DNA from: Chrysomallon squamiferum
Lineage: Eukaryota > Animalia > Mollusca
DNA length: 64,000 nt
Direction: 5' to 3'
Assembly (NCBI GenBank): GCA_012295275.1
Contig: CM022672.1
Location: 21,204,001 to 21,268,000, forward strand
Shown: piece by piece, positions 13,581 through 27,244 of the stretch
Layout of the letters: each line of letters starts with the position of its first letter
Position numbering within the stretch: the first letter of the stretch is position 1
Made by a program: the position numbers and the translations under genes
Notes under the pieces: model-generated
Told to the model about the DNA's origin: nothing
What the model saw: the letters and a program-made list of their open reading frames with translations, nothing else
Databases searched by the model: none

Positions 13581-13605
13581 GCATTCTTGTGTATGTGTTT
13601 GTGTC
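13255..13605 (+). repeat. (TATG)n/(TG)n microsatellite
   Basis: Directly visible. Confidence 0.95.
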
Positions 13606-15119
13606 AGTAATCGAACTACTATGATGAACATTAAAATCTCTAGGGAACCACAATTGCTTGTTTCTTGTCTACAAGAATGATTAAATTACATTTATTACTG
13701 TTGTAAAATCTCTTTATTGAACTTAATATTTCCAAATGTCTTCTGGTTACTGTTTCTATACAAAACTGTGAGATATTTTTGGCAGCTAAACGATATAATG
13801 AGTCGCAGATCGTCTAACGGTTATTGAAGTTACTCGGTGTTAATCTCGAATAACAAAAGATTTTAAATGTCTCAGCGGCGCTATAAAAATATTGGTCACA
13901 ATATATGATGATTATTATTCTTAGTACACTGATATGCATGCAATGTCACACGATATATATATATATATATACTTATGTGAGTGTATATACGTATACATAC
14001 ACAAAATATACATACGTACCAACGTACATACACACACACGCAGACAAACACACATAAATGGTCATATTAATGAATATTTTAACGTAAAACAAGTAAAATG
14101 TTATTTAATAAATTATTTATTTTGAATAGCCCAGTTTCACTTTCACTGATATCAATGGGCTCGGAAAAGGTAATGTGTTATTAATATATCACATTAAAAC
14201 TGTCACCTGTTATATTCAAGTAACCCCACGTGGAACGTCCGCTCCAAGCTGGAAAAAATTGTATTGGGCCATCATTGTTACCACCATAGATACTCTTTAA
14301 GTAAGAAGTGGATAAAGGGTTGGAGAAAAGCTGATTTATATTTTTCCAGATGAATTCATTCTAGGTGGGTAAACCAGAACCACGTGGACGACAGACGGAT
14401 TAACCAGGTTTAATTAAAGACAGTTCGTTACATGTACCTTCGAATTTTCCTCTCGAGGTTACAGTTAGATAAATAGACAGACGGGCGGTTGGAGTGATTG
14501 ATTCTTTTAAAAAAAAAAATGAATATTACCTTTATTAATATCATAAAAGTCTTTTACATAATTAAATTAATAATAAAACAAATGAACAATCATGCAATAT
14601 TTTAATATCTGAAACGCATATTGTCACTAACATAGAACGAAATGATTTCATGGATAATAATTTAGCAATTCTGTCTGTCTCTGAGGTCACTACCTCTCAA
14701 AACTAGATCTGTATTGTGTCATCCCTAATTTGTGTTGCGCAGTATATGTTTATAACGTTTAAGTCGATATCAGTAAGATTGATTACGCTAACTTCTTTTA
14801 GATCTGTGCAGTGCTCTGGAAACAGTTAGTGTTGTATTGCACAATCAGAATATTGCTTGTTTCATCTGAAAATAGTCTGCAATATTGCTTATTACAAAAG
14901 CAGAATATGGAGGACGACTGTACACAATGGTATGTATTAATTACGCAACCCAGACAAATATGCATCAATACAATCACAGTGTACACGCAAGGTGAGAATG
15001 CAACAGAGAACTGATAAAATCAAATTTATTGAAATTCATTTGACAACAACAAAAAGATAATTTGAAGAACAATAACAGCATTAAAAAGACAAATGGAAAA
15101 TTTTAGTAGTTTAAATAAC

Positions 15120-15470
15120 AACAGTAGCAGTGGTAGCTCAACTAATAAGAATTGTAGAAGCAGTAGTAGCATTGCTGATGGTGGCAATAGTAGCTGAACA
15201 AAAAAATAGTAGTAGTAATAGTGATAGTAATAGTTGAAGCAGTATTACTAGTAGTAATAGTAGTTGCAATAGTATAGTAGTAGCTATAGTGGTAGTGTTA
15301 GCAATAGTAATAGTTGAAGCAGTATTAGTAGCAGTAATAGAAGTTGTAGTTGTAGGAGGAACAGGAAGAGCAGAAACGACAACACCAACAGTAGTAGCAC
15401 TTGTAGTAGTAGTAGAGTATTAGCAGTAATAGCTATTCTGAGGATGGTATTTTTGAAAAATACTACTACT
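15120..15470 (+). repeat. Degenerate (AGT/AGC/AAT)n trinucleotide tract
   Basis: Period-3 low-complexity sequence; comparable tracts at 17495-17875, 25780-26240, 55915-56060 and 59905-60100. Confidence 0.85.
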
Positions 15471-15919
15471 GACAGACGTATTCAGAACCTGTTTTTGTTC
15501 AGAGTTAAAATTGTAGTTATTTCGTCGTTAATCTGTTATCTATAAAATAACTTGAAAAAAACATCACGCAATGTTTACGTTTTGGTCGTATATATTTACG
15601 AGTTCTTTTCAAAATACGTCTGACCTAAAATCCTAGATTTAGAGAAATATCATATCATGCACGCAGTCGAGGAATGTCAGAATAACAGGTTAGACTGCGA
15701 ACATGAAGCGGCTTTATTTTAGCCTTTGTTTTGCTTAAGAGATTTTACACTTGTATATTTCGATGAAGATGCGTAGGCTAGAAGTTAAAAGATATATTGT
15801 CAGATAATTAAATTATGAAATATGCAGTATAATTAACTGGTATTAATAATGAACACAACTATAATTTTTTTGTATATGTATGATTATATATTCCTATATT
15901 CACACATACACAAACTTTC

Positions 15920-16155
15920 AAACATACATACATACATACACACATACATGCATGTATACACAAATACATGCATGCATGCATACATACATACATACATACA
16001 TACATACATAAATACATACATACATACATACATACATTCATGTATTCATTCATTCATACATACATACATACATACATACATACATACATACATGCATGCA
16101 TGCATACAAACATACATACATACATACATTCATTCATTCATACATATATATATAT
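15920..16155 (+). repeat. (CATA)n microsatellite
   Basis: Directly visible. Confidence 0.95.
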
Positions 16156-18512
16156 TTACATAGATATAGAGAGAAAAGAGGAGGACATGAATTTATATAA
16201 AACTGATATGAAATAATTGAAAGAAATAATGTATTTTGTAATTCTAATGAGCAGTAACATAAGGTTTAGTAGAGGCTAATAATCATATAGAAAACACTTT
16301 TAAGAACAACGACAAAGTTTGTTAAGCTGCTTTTCAGTATTTTTCCATTTTAATAAACCAAGCCGTCATCTCTACAATTCAGTATTCATTTTCTTTTACA
16401 GTTAAAATTTTTTTTTTTTTTTTTTTTTTTCAGAATGTTTAGGTAATTATTTCATTGTTATTTCAATTGTTGATTTATGACGCATTAAGACAGACTTAAA
16501 AAATGTGAGAAGCATCACCTTAGAGGTATAACTTTCATTGCGAAATGGGTTTTGTATAAAGATAAAAATAAACAAACATGTCTGCCGTTCCTTAAAATAT
16601 TTGTGAGATCGCCACTCCCACCCGGATTCGAGTAAGCGTTTAATGGATTCAAAAACCAGTGACTGCACATGATAGTAGCGCGACGTTTGAATGAATAAGT
16701 TAACGGGTTCAACTCTGCGCAATATAACTCAAAATATTGCGAAATATCTTGTAGCAAATAAACAAAAAATTAATTAAGTCGTTTGTCCGGTCATTATTGC
16801 CATAACTGTATGCAAGGCTTTGCGTTATTTCTCTCACAAATATTTTAAGGACATTTTTATTTATTTATTTTTACCTTTATAAAGAAATTTATTTCGTAAT
16901 GAAAGTTATACCCGCTAAAATGATGGTGTCCCTTTCCTTTTTGAAGTCGTCAAACCATTCATTATTACCATTGACAATCTAGGACAACTGCGATTACCTT
17001 TTTAGGAATTTGGAAATCATTTTATGCCAAGGCTTTTCGTTATCCTCTAACATAACTTTTCGTTTACATATATTTTGTTATTATAAATCTGTATATACGT
17101 TGAATTAAAGATAGTGCTATGGCCATAGCCTGCACACAACATCAAACTGATCAAAGCTTAATTTTAATAATTTTAAATTATTATCAAACGTTAACAGGGA
17201 TACAACAGAACTCAAATGAACCGGCTAAAAGTACATTTAATATGGCAACCTAAACGTTTTAGCGTCTATTTCTGGGCTATGTTTACTCTGTTATTTAAAC
17301 TTATCTGAAAGACAGGCAAAAATCTGAAATACAAACACCGTAATGGCTTGAGATATTATATTTTATACGGGATTTAACCAGATAAATTTGACCTAGAACG
17401 GCATGCAATAGTCTCAGATTAGGTCGAGGGTATTCATATCACAGTACGCATGGAACATTATTTTGTTAATAATACATTTTTATTGCAGTTCTTTTGCTGC
17501 TGGTATTACTATTACATACTCTACTGCTCCTGCTAACATTACTGAACAGTTATCAGCATAACTACAACTACTACTACTTTGACATACTACTACTGCCACT
17601 GCTGCTGCTGCTGATAATATGTATGCTACTTCAACTGTTATTACTTCCTGGACTGGTATTAATTATATTAATACTACTATTGTTACTGCTATATCTCCTG
17701 CTGCTGTCACTTTTATTATCAATAAATTTAGCGTTGTTACTGTTATCATTATTCTTCCTCCCCTCCTCATACTACTACCGCTACTTTTGCTACTACTACC
17801 ACCACTAACACCATCACCACCACCACCATCACTACTACTACTACTATTACTATTATTACTACCACCACCACCAGTATGACCCTATATATATATATATATA
17901 TACAGACACATACATACATACACACACACACATACAGACAAAATATGTTTATGCATAAACACTTCTTAAGACGGAGAGATATCAGATAGACACTGTTGTT
18001 GTTGCTGTTGCTGCTGTTGTTATTATTACAGTAACTCAAGCGAATAAATTGCGATCAAAACATGAAATGCTCCAGTGAGGCGTACTTTATATATGAAATC
18101 TTTCGTTTTTGACACATTGACAATGTCCCCTGTTATCAGTATCACTGGACGAAGTTAATAAACACCTTTCATATTATGATTTGTCACCCAGTTGTGTATT
18201 CTGTAGCACCCCAAAGTCTCTCCCACACACGAAGATTCCATGGAAAACAGATACAAATTATATTTTTTTTTGAGATGGGAGCGTGTAAGCGTGTGTGCGT
18301 GAGTGCGTGCGTGTGTTTGAATTTATTTCTTCGTTTACATTACATAGATTATGTGTGTGTTTGTGTGCACAGGTATGTGCCTATGTACATATTACCATTT
18401 ATGTATGTGCTGTATATGTGTGATGTTTATAGGTGCCTTTATATAACCAACTAAGATTAAGATTTAAAATATTTTTGTTTAGAAATTTAGAAATAAAGTA
18501 ACTCAAACATCA

Positions 18513-18868
<356 letters not shown>

Positions 18869-19988
18869 TTAATGAATAATAAGACTCGCGGTCAAATGAC
18901 AGCTGAGTAAATAACAGAAACATATACATATACTCGTGTATCAGCCAAACCAAATCTGACACACGTTTAAGGACTTGAAACATGCATAGAAACATGCACA
19001 ATACTCACTCGTACAAAGAAAGAAAAAGAGAAATGTATAGCGAAAAGGGATACAACAGATAACATGTGTCATTACTGCAGAAATAATCTTCTTCTCTTGG
19101 TTTATTTGCTCTTTGCCTATCATAACCTCTATTCCACGACTGACTTTCCGAAAGACTTTAATTTCAAAACTATGTCTGGTTATATACTTATGTACAAGTG
19201 CATAAGTGACAAAGGAAGGTACGAGAAATCTTTATATAAACACACACACACACACACGTTATATGTACATAGTTACGTACATAATTATGGACATAGTTAA
19301 TACATGTATCCGTACATACATACCTGTATAATTTATATGTAACAGTAAACTAGCACAGAAATACAGTTTAGAATATAAAATACAAAGTAAACATGACAAA
19401 TCAGCCAGAGATTTAATAACATGTCGAGTTGAGAAACTTAATAACACATTTTCTAATCTACGACCAGTTTTAATGTTGACTGTGCTGACACGAAAATACT
19501 TGTGTAGTGTGTTTATGTCTTTAAAATTTCTGTATTATCTCTAGTACTGATAAAACCCACATGCTCACCATTAAACAAACATATTTAATGTCTTAAGTGT
19601 ATTTAGCTCCACAGCACTTAACTGTGGGGTTCTTTTTATTGTTATTATTATTGCTGTTGTTGTTGTCGTTGTTTCTGGATTTTTTTTTTTTTTTTTTTTT
19701 TTTAAACCGAATGAAATAAAGCGTGGCGGATACTTTTCAAATTCTTTAAGATAACTGCTAATGTGTATGTATGTGTATGTAGGTGACCAAGTGGTTTTTG
19801 TATTTATTTTATTTTATTTTTATAAATTATTACTATATACATTTTTTTTAAATGGGGCCTGATTACGATCATGGAGGTAATTTGAGAACGAAATGAAAAT
19901 CATTAGTAACAACAGCAGCAAAAATAACAACAACAATACGAACAAGGAAAAGACCATGGCGATTTTTGCAAAGAAATGAAGAATTTAA

Positions 19989-20043
<55 letters not shown>

Positions 20044-20572
20044 ATACGTGAACCTTTACACGTGACTCACACGCTGACTTCTGTAATGATAATCTGTATT
20101 TGCTCTTATGGAACTGAAAGATTAATAGCTTATTTTTTCTTTTCCTTTTTACACCTCTTAAAGTTAATCCCAGGAATAACTTGTATACAAACAAACAGCT
20201 GAGATATAAAACGTACACGAAAAGAGAGGCCATTAACCCAGTAACTGCTGTATATGATTAACCAGTATTTAGCCGCTAAGTAGCATATTAAAATTCTTGT
20301 GGAGGGTTTTGTTGCTCTGTGTTGTTATTGGGATATAAAACTATAAAACTGTTGAAAAGATTTTGTTATCTTACAGTATGCAATAACAGGGATTAAGCTA
20401 ATTATGTACGTAAAGCGAATATTTTTCTTCGTATCTCACCAAGGTGATGTTGTTATGATAGTTTTACTGTGAACCATGTTCACTGATTTAAAATTTGATA
20501 GTAGATGATGATGGTAAAGAAAGAAACAAGAAAGAAATGAGAAAGAAATGAGAAAGAAAAATAAGAAAGAAT

Positions 20573-20613
<41 letters not shown>

Positions 20614-21553
20614 AATAAGAGAATATTAAATTTAAATTAGCAAATGACAGACACTGATGAACATGCTGACAGATATAAACAGAAATACGGATGCCTGGAT
20701 GGATGGGCAGGTAGTTAGTCACACAGAAATACGACTAACATAGAGACACACATAGAAAGAAAGTCTTAATAAAAGAATGAGGGATGTGGACGAAAAGAAG
20801 CACAGCAAGAATACGAAGCGTAAATTCTTGACCTGAGGTTCATTTCCTCGATCTTTATCTAAACACAGCCCCGAACAGTTACAGAACATACTTATAAATA
20901 CGGTATTTCCACGGCCCATATTAATAAAAACCAATAAACCAAATACCGTTTTCTTTGTTCAAAGATTGACATTTAAACTTACGAATACTTCTCTAGCTTT
21001 TGTTAGTGGAGAACTCGTTTTTATCGGTATTGTGTCAACAAACAAAAATAATATCGTAAAGCAAACACGGAGTTTTGTCAAGCGTTGGTTTCAAGTATTT
21101 GCTAAACTTTTGTGATTGCACACTATGAAATATTAAACACTTTTTTTTTGATACAAATCGTTGTTTTGAAAATATATTGCCCATTTCGCAGTCTCTTGAA
21201 AGAATCAATGAATAATAGCTTAATGACAGTTTTCATATATACATACATACATACATACATATATATATACACACACACACACACATACATGCATACAATC
21301 ATATAGATAGATTGTTGGCGTTTTGTTTTATTTGCATATTTGTGAATGTCTGGTACAGTGGAGAAAGAATTAGGTGTAAATATGAGGCGGGGAAGAAGAT
21401 AACATTATGCTTAATGGGAATATCATCTGAAAATAATTACTTATGGAAAAATGTAAGAAACCGAATTTAATTAAAACTAAAAAAAAGAAAATGTTGTCAC
21501 CAAATATATCCAGTATATCACATACATATTTACGTCACACTCATAAACGCAAG

Positions 21554-21574
21554 TAATAATAATAATAATAATAA

Positions 21575-21605
<31 letters not shown>

Positions 21606-21640
21606 AAGAAGAAGAAGAAGAAGAAGAAGAAGAAGAAGAA
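21554..21640 (+). repeat. (AAT)n-(AAG)n compound microsatellite
   Basis: Directly visible. Confidence 0.95.
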
Positions 21641-22090
21641 AAAACATGAACAATAATAATATAATGTTGATGACGATAAGGACGATGACAAAATGATAAT
21701 AATGATAATAACATATTCGTTGATTGTTTTTTTGTAAAATAAATAGCATGTGCGTACAGGTATATCAGCGCGTGTTTGTGCGTCGTGCGTGCCTGAGTTC
21801 GAGTTCATGTGTAAGTCTTCTTAAATCGACGTTTATTTACATCTTTCACTTTATTTTTCTGTTTTCTTACTCTTTCTTTTTCCTATTTAGAAACCATGTG
21901 ATAGATATTATATCTTAATACATCTAATATTTATTTGATTGCTTGGTTTACTTTTATTCTTAGTAAATACTTCATTAACGCTACCCACAGTAGTGAGTTT
22001 TATTGAAGGAGTTAGTTCCCCTCAATAGTGAAAATTAAAATTTACAGTGAAGGAATATTCGTTTTGCTTACTAATAGTTAAACAGAGCAC

Positions 22091-22155
<65 letters not shown>

Positions 22156-23016
22156 GATTTTTTAATTGTAGAACATGAAGATATTATCTCTGAATTCTAC
22201 CACTAAGGCTAATTATATAATTCTGCAGCAAAAAAAATTGCCTGTTTATACCTTTCTGCTAACAGGAAAACGAGAATAACCCACTCGAATGAGACTACTA
22301 CTACTACTACTTCTGTTGCTGATATACTACTACTACTGCTACTACTACTACCACTACTACTACTAGGACTACGACTACGACTAATAAAATAATAATAATA
22401 ATAATAATAATAATATTAAATAAAAACTAAATAAATAAATAACAAGAAGCTCTTTTAAAAAGCTAAACTGCTGTTCTATGTAACTGCATTTTGTATGTGT
22501 GTCTTTGAAAACATCTTCGATAATGGTCATTTTCAAAAGGAAAGACAACCAGTAAAATGAGTAGAACTATCCGTCGAAGAGTTATGTCCCTTAGGCTGCC
22601 ACTGTTTTCGTTGCACCTTTAATTTCAGTAAAACTGTCATTTTTATATACTCTTGTATCGAATAAATTATTTTACAGAGATATGTCGATAAAATAACAAG
22701 AAAAGTAACAAGAAAAGAAGCCAGCAAAATTATAACAATTTATATTGTATTTTACGATAAACAATTATATGTGTTTAACAAAACCCGTGCGCTAAAGTAC
22801 GACTTCTTTTGGATTTACTGAGATAAAACATATTTCTGCTTTAATTGTTACGTTACTAGGTGAAGGTCACAAAGGTCGCTACTATGACGTCATATCAAGG
22901 TTTCTGAATTACGCAAATTACCGATCACAACTAATCCTACTGAACTTAAATCGCAGCGCAGGAAGAATATGCCAGTCGTTATAAGGACATCAGGTATTAT
23001 TATTATTATTATTATT

Positions 23017-23080
<64 letters not shown>

Positions 23081-23363
23081 TTGTTGTTGTTGTGTTGTTT
23101 AGGTTGTTACTGTTATTCTTTTTGTTATTGTTGTTGTTAATGAGGACGAAGACTCATTAACAAAAACAATAAAAAAAAAAAAAAAAATAACAGTAACAGC
23201 GCAATGCAAACAGTGATGGTGGTGTTATTGTTTTACTCCTACTGTAATGACTGCTACTGTCTGTTCTACCTCTGGTACTATTATTATTACTGCTACTGTT
23301 ACTCATGCTGTATCCTACATACTATTACTTCCATTATTGTTACTTAACCACTCATACTATCAC

Positions 23364-23568
23364 CAGGGACGGATTTATTATGAAACTAATGAAGCTTAAG
23401 TTTCGAGGCCCCTAGTCCCATGTGGGTTCCAGATGCGACTTGAAAGCCTGTTATGGAACATTACTGTAGAAGAAGATAAGAATAGTTACCCGACCTAGTA
23501 GCTCCTACATTTGTAACCGTAAGGCCCTAACCTGTAGCTTGTTCAGCTTATATTTAAATCGGGCCCAT
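23364..23568. mobile_element. Decayed ~205-bp non-autonomous DNA transposon (MITE, hAT-like termini)
   Basis: Left end CAGGGACGGATTTA...AAGCTTAAGTTTCGAGGCC and right end GGCCCTAACCTGTAGCTT...TAAATCGGGCCC are imperfect ~45-bp inverted repeats. The 8-bp flanks ACTATCAC and ACTGTAAA match at 5/8 (possible eroded target-site duplication). No coding capacity. Confidence 0.6.
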
Positions 23569-23817
23569 ACTGTAAACACTATTTATTTCTGTGCTGCTAC
23601 TATTACACCAGTCGCTAATGTTGAACGTATTGTTATTGTTAATGATGTTGCTGTTGTGGTCAGTGTTGTTGAGTTTGTCGTTATTTAGCTGTTGTAATCG
23701 TAGCGGATGTAAACGAATATCTTAAAGCTAGAAAACCGAAAAGTATCAAAAAATAAATAAATAATTAATTAAATAAAAGTAAAAATAATAATAATAATAA
23801 TAATAGTAATAATAATA

Positions 23818-23850
<33 letters not shown>

Positions 23851-24474
23851 ATAACAATAACAATAACAATAATAATAATAATAATAAATAATTAAATAAT
23901 TAAATAAATAAATAAATAAATAAAGTAATTAATTAATAAAAAAAATTAAGAAAAAAAATAAATTAAATTAAATTAAAATTAAAAATTATAATAATATGTT
24001 GCTGGTAAATTTATGTATGGCACTAAGTATATAAACCATTATGTCACAGTTTTTTTATTTTACTTGCGATATCGGATAACTACAATAATACACTCACTAC
24101 ATAATAGTCTTCTTTATTTTGTGTAGTATTTTCTTTCTCGCTCGCCATCTATCTGTATCTCTGTTTGTCTGCATATCCATTAGTGTCTGTAAAATATATA
24201 AATCTCTTCAGTGTGTGCATTCTCCATAAATCTATTAAATCCATTACGATCATAAAATACAATGTAAAGATGTGAAGTTAATAATATTTTCATATGTGTG
24301 TGTGTGGAAGAAAAATATATAGTGTGTACAATGATTTCGAAACCTCAGATGTTTAAAGACCATGTATTTTTAATGTAATAATTTTAATTTCTTTGTTGCT
24401 AATACATGTGTTAACGTATTGTTTTTACTAACTTGTATTGACATACACTCAGAGAGAGGGTATGTCATGTGAGG

Positions 24475-24515
<41 letters not shown>

Positions 24516-24613
24516 TAGATAGATGGATTAAAAGGAACATGGAGAGTCAAAAGAACTAACTTCAGATAATGGGAAAATAATAAAAAAAAAAAGAAATTTG
24601 AAAATTACTCGAC

Positions 24614-24709
24614 AAATAAACAAAGAGTGTGAAAATTACAGGAAAAATAAATAAAGAGTGGGAAAATTACCGGAAAAATAAATAAAGAGTGGGAAAATTA
24701 CAGGAAAAA
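24614..24709 (+). repeat. 31-bp minisatellite, 3 copies
   Basis: Unit AAATAAATAAAGAGTGGGAAAATTACAGGAA; AAAGAGTG recurs at 24622, 24653 and 24684. Confidence 0.9.
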
Positions 24710-24759
24710 GAAGACATTTGAATAAAGAAATCAGGAGCAAATAAACACTTCTCTATCAG

Positions 24760-25530
24760 TGCGATACTTTGTCCCCTCCCCCATTTAGCCTCTACCCTCC
24801 TCTCCGCCCTTTCGCAGGATTACTTATTAAGGCAGTCTAATCTGTCGGAGTGTTTGTAGATTTATTATAACACCTTCTCAACCACGATTTGTCATCGTCA
24901 GTAACCGTCCTTTTTTTCAGTTTGACAACTTAACCGGGTTAAACGCCTTAAATTGGTGGCAAGCGCCATCCTTTGGGACAAAGCGAGGATAATTACGGGT
25001 ATATAGATCGTAATTGGAAACTGATCTACGCAGTCGGTGTCAGCGCATGTATGGGACACCCGTCGAGCCAAATTATCTAGAGTTTAATAACGTCAGACAT
25101 ATTTCACGTTTCCGAGTGCAGTGAAACGCCGGCTCGGTTTTCGCCGAACTGATGAAGTGACAGCGTCGTAAAAGAATAACCAGAAAGCCAATAATTACTT
25201 CAATAAATTTGACTAATTGTCGTAATTTACACCTGATAAATGAGCGGGTCGTTGAAAGGTAAACAATTGGCGGGCAAATGTTCTCGGATATTCTATCGTG
25301 TCCTACCTAAGCGTCGTTTAAGACTGAACCAGCAGGCCTCCCGTTGAATATAATCTTCTTTACCCTGATATATTGGCAAGTAAACATATACTTTTCAGAC
25401 GTCAGACAGGCGAGATGCGACTGGTTATTAAGGTGTGTTATTAGAACCTGTATGAGAATTATAGAAGCAATGACAACGTTGCCCGGTTAGCCGTGATGAT
25501 AGACTGGTTTCGTTATATCGTGTTACGCTG
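24760..25530. promoter_or_regulatory. Enhancer-like non-coding island
   Basis: ~770 bp free of simple repeats, CpG-rich relative to background, multiple TAATT/AATTA homeodomain cores and TGAC/TGAT motifs, no long ORF. Confidence 0.45.
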
Positions 25531-26511
25531 ATAGGTATTTACTCAAAAAAAATTATTGTAATAAATTAAAATTAGGAATAAAAAGTAAAGAAAAGAAATA
25601 TTTTATTTTTGATAGTTTAGGTTGACCTATCCCATGGTAATGTGCGCGCCTGAAGACACGTAAAGGTTTTATTTTTATGTCGGTTAAACTAGAAGACATA
25701 TTGCATTCATGTTTCAACCGTTATAAATCATTTTTATTAACTTTTATCTAACTTAGGTCACAGCAGTCTCTACCATTATTTTTATTGCTACTACCACTGT
25801 TACTATTACTATTATTACTACTCAAAAAAAATGTCCACGTCTAATGCTATGCCTGCTCCTACGTCTACAACATTAGCAAATGCAGCTGCTACTATTACTA
25901 TCTGCTGTCACTATAATATATACAACGGTGTGTGTGTGTGACCATTATTCTAACAGAATACAACACTTGATCAGCAACACTACTACAACGACTACTCTCA
26001 GTGCAGTCATCACCACCATTACTACTGCTGCTATTATTGCTACGGCTTCTGCTACTGCTACTACTAATACTGTTAACACTAATATTTGTATTAATACTAG
26101 TATTACGTCACCGCCACTACAGCTATTACAACTATAACTACAAATACTACCATTACCTCTTCTGCTGCTCTCACTACTACTACCACTGCTACTACTATTG
26201 GTACTGATACTACCACTATCACTCTGCTAGTGTTTGTCTGAGTACCTAACTATTATTAGTACGTGTATAAGGATAAACTGAAATGTCTAAACTTTCAAAA
26301 TTATATAGATATAATAATAAAGACGATAAAACATGATCAGAATACAATTATATATATATATATATATATATACATACATACATACATATATGTATGTATA
26401 TTCGATATCAAGCTAACCGCAAGATACTTAAGAAAAGCCAGTAACACTAATTTAACAAAACAGAAAAATATTTTGTTATTGTTGTTGTCGTCATCATCAT
26501 CATCATTAATC

Positions 26512-26603
<92 letters not shown>

Positions 26604-27184
26604 ATTCATTACATCAGTAAATTAAACCATCAATTACAGAGATTATCATTTTATTGTTTGGCGTGAGAGAAAAAGCGAGAGAAAGAAAAAAAAAAAATCT
26701 ACCGGACAATAACACAGTTTTCGCATTATTAGAAAATAAACTCAATATTCGGAAGAAAAGCATGATGTTGAAGGCTAATTATACACTTAATTACACGTGC
26801 AGTGTCACGCAATGATGTTTCAGTTATCGTGGGAAAAACATGATCCTTCGATCATCGAATAATACCAGGAACCATTTTCTCACGCAGGGTCACATGGCGG
26901 TATCAACTCCTAGTTCTACCTGAAAGGTATTCTTCTTTGTAAAATCATTAGCTACAGAAGGTCTTGTTTCCGCACATGCCTATTACATGGGATTTAGTGG
27001 GTTTAAAAAAAAAGAAAAAGAAAAAAAAAAAAAGGTTCAGTGCGCTACATTACTTTGTATAGGAATCGATGTTATTTCGGTTTCTGTTAATAAAATTATG
27101 TGGTTAGGCCATTTAGTTAATTTGTGTCTCATTCATTTTCGTTCAAGAATTTTTTTGTCGTTGATATTGGAATTGTTTTATTTG

Positions 27185-27244
<60 letters not shown>

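Noticed and set aside
16434-16442. 9-nt microexon-like AG|AATGTTTAG|GTAATT after a poly(T) run
   Set aside because: Poly(T) followed by CAG is common here by chance; no host gene.
17494-18039. Poly-Leu/Pro/Val ORFs (also poly-Ile, -Tyr, -Ser, -Lys and ER-repeat ORFs at 21.5, 26.3, 34.1, 40.2, 43.1, 59.7 and 60.9 kb)
   Set aside because: Products of di- and trinucleotide repeats and homopolymers.
24614-24709. CRISPR-like reading of the 31-bp repeats
   Set aside because: Units are directly adjacent with no unique spacers, there are no cas genes, and the DNA is eukaryotic.
24773-24809. Possible G-quadruplex on the minus strand
   Set aside because: Four C-runs are present but two loops are long (about 8 and 13 nt); too weak to claim.
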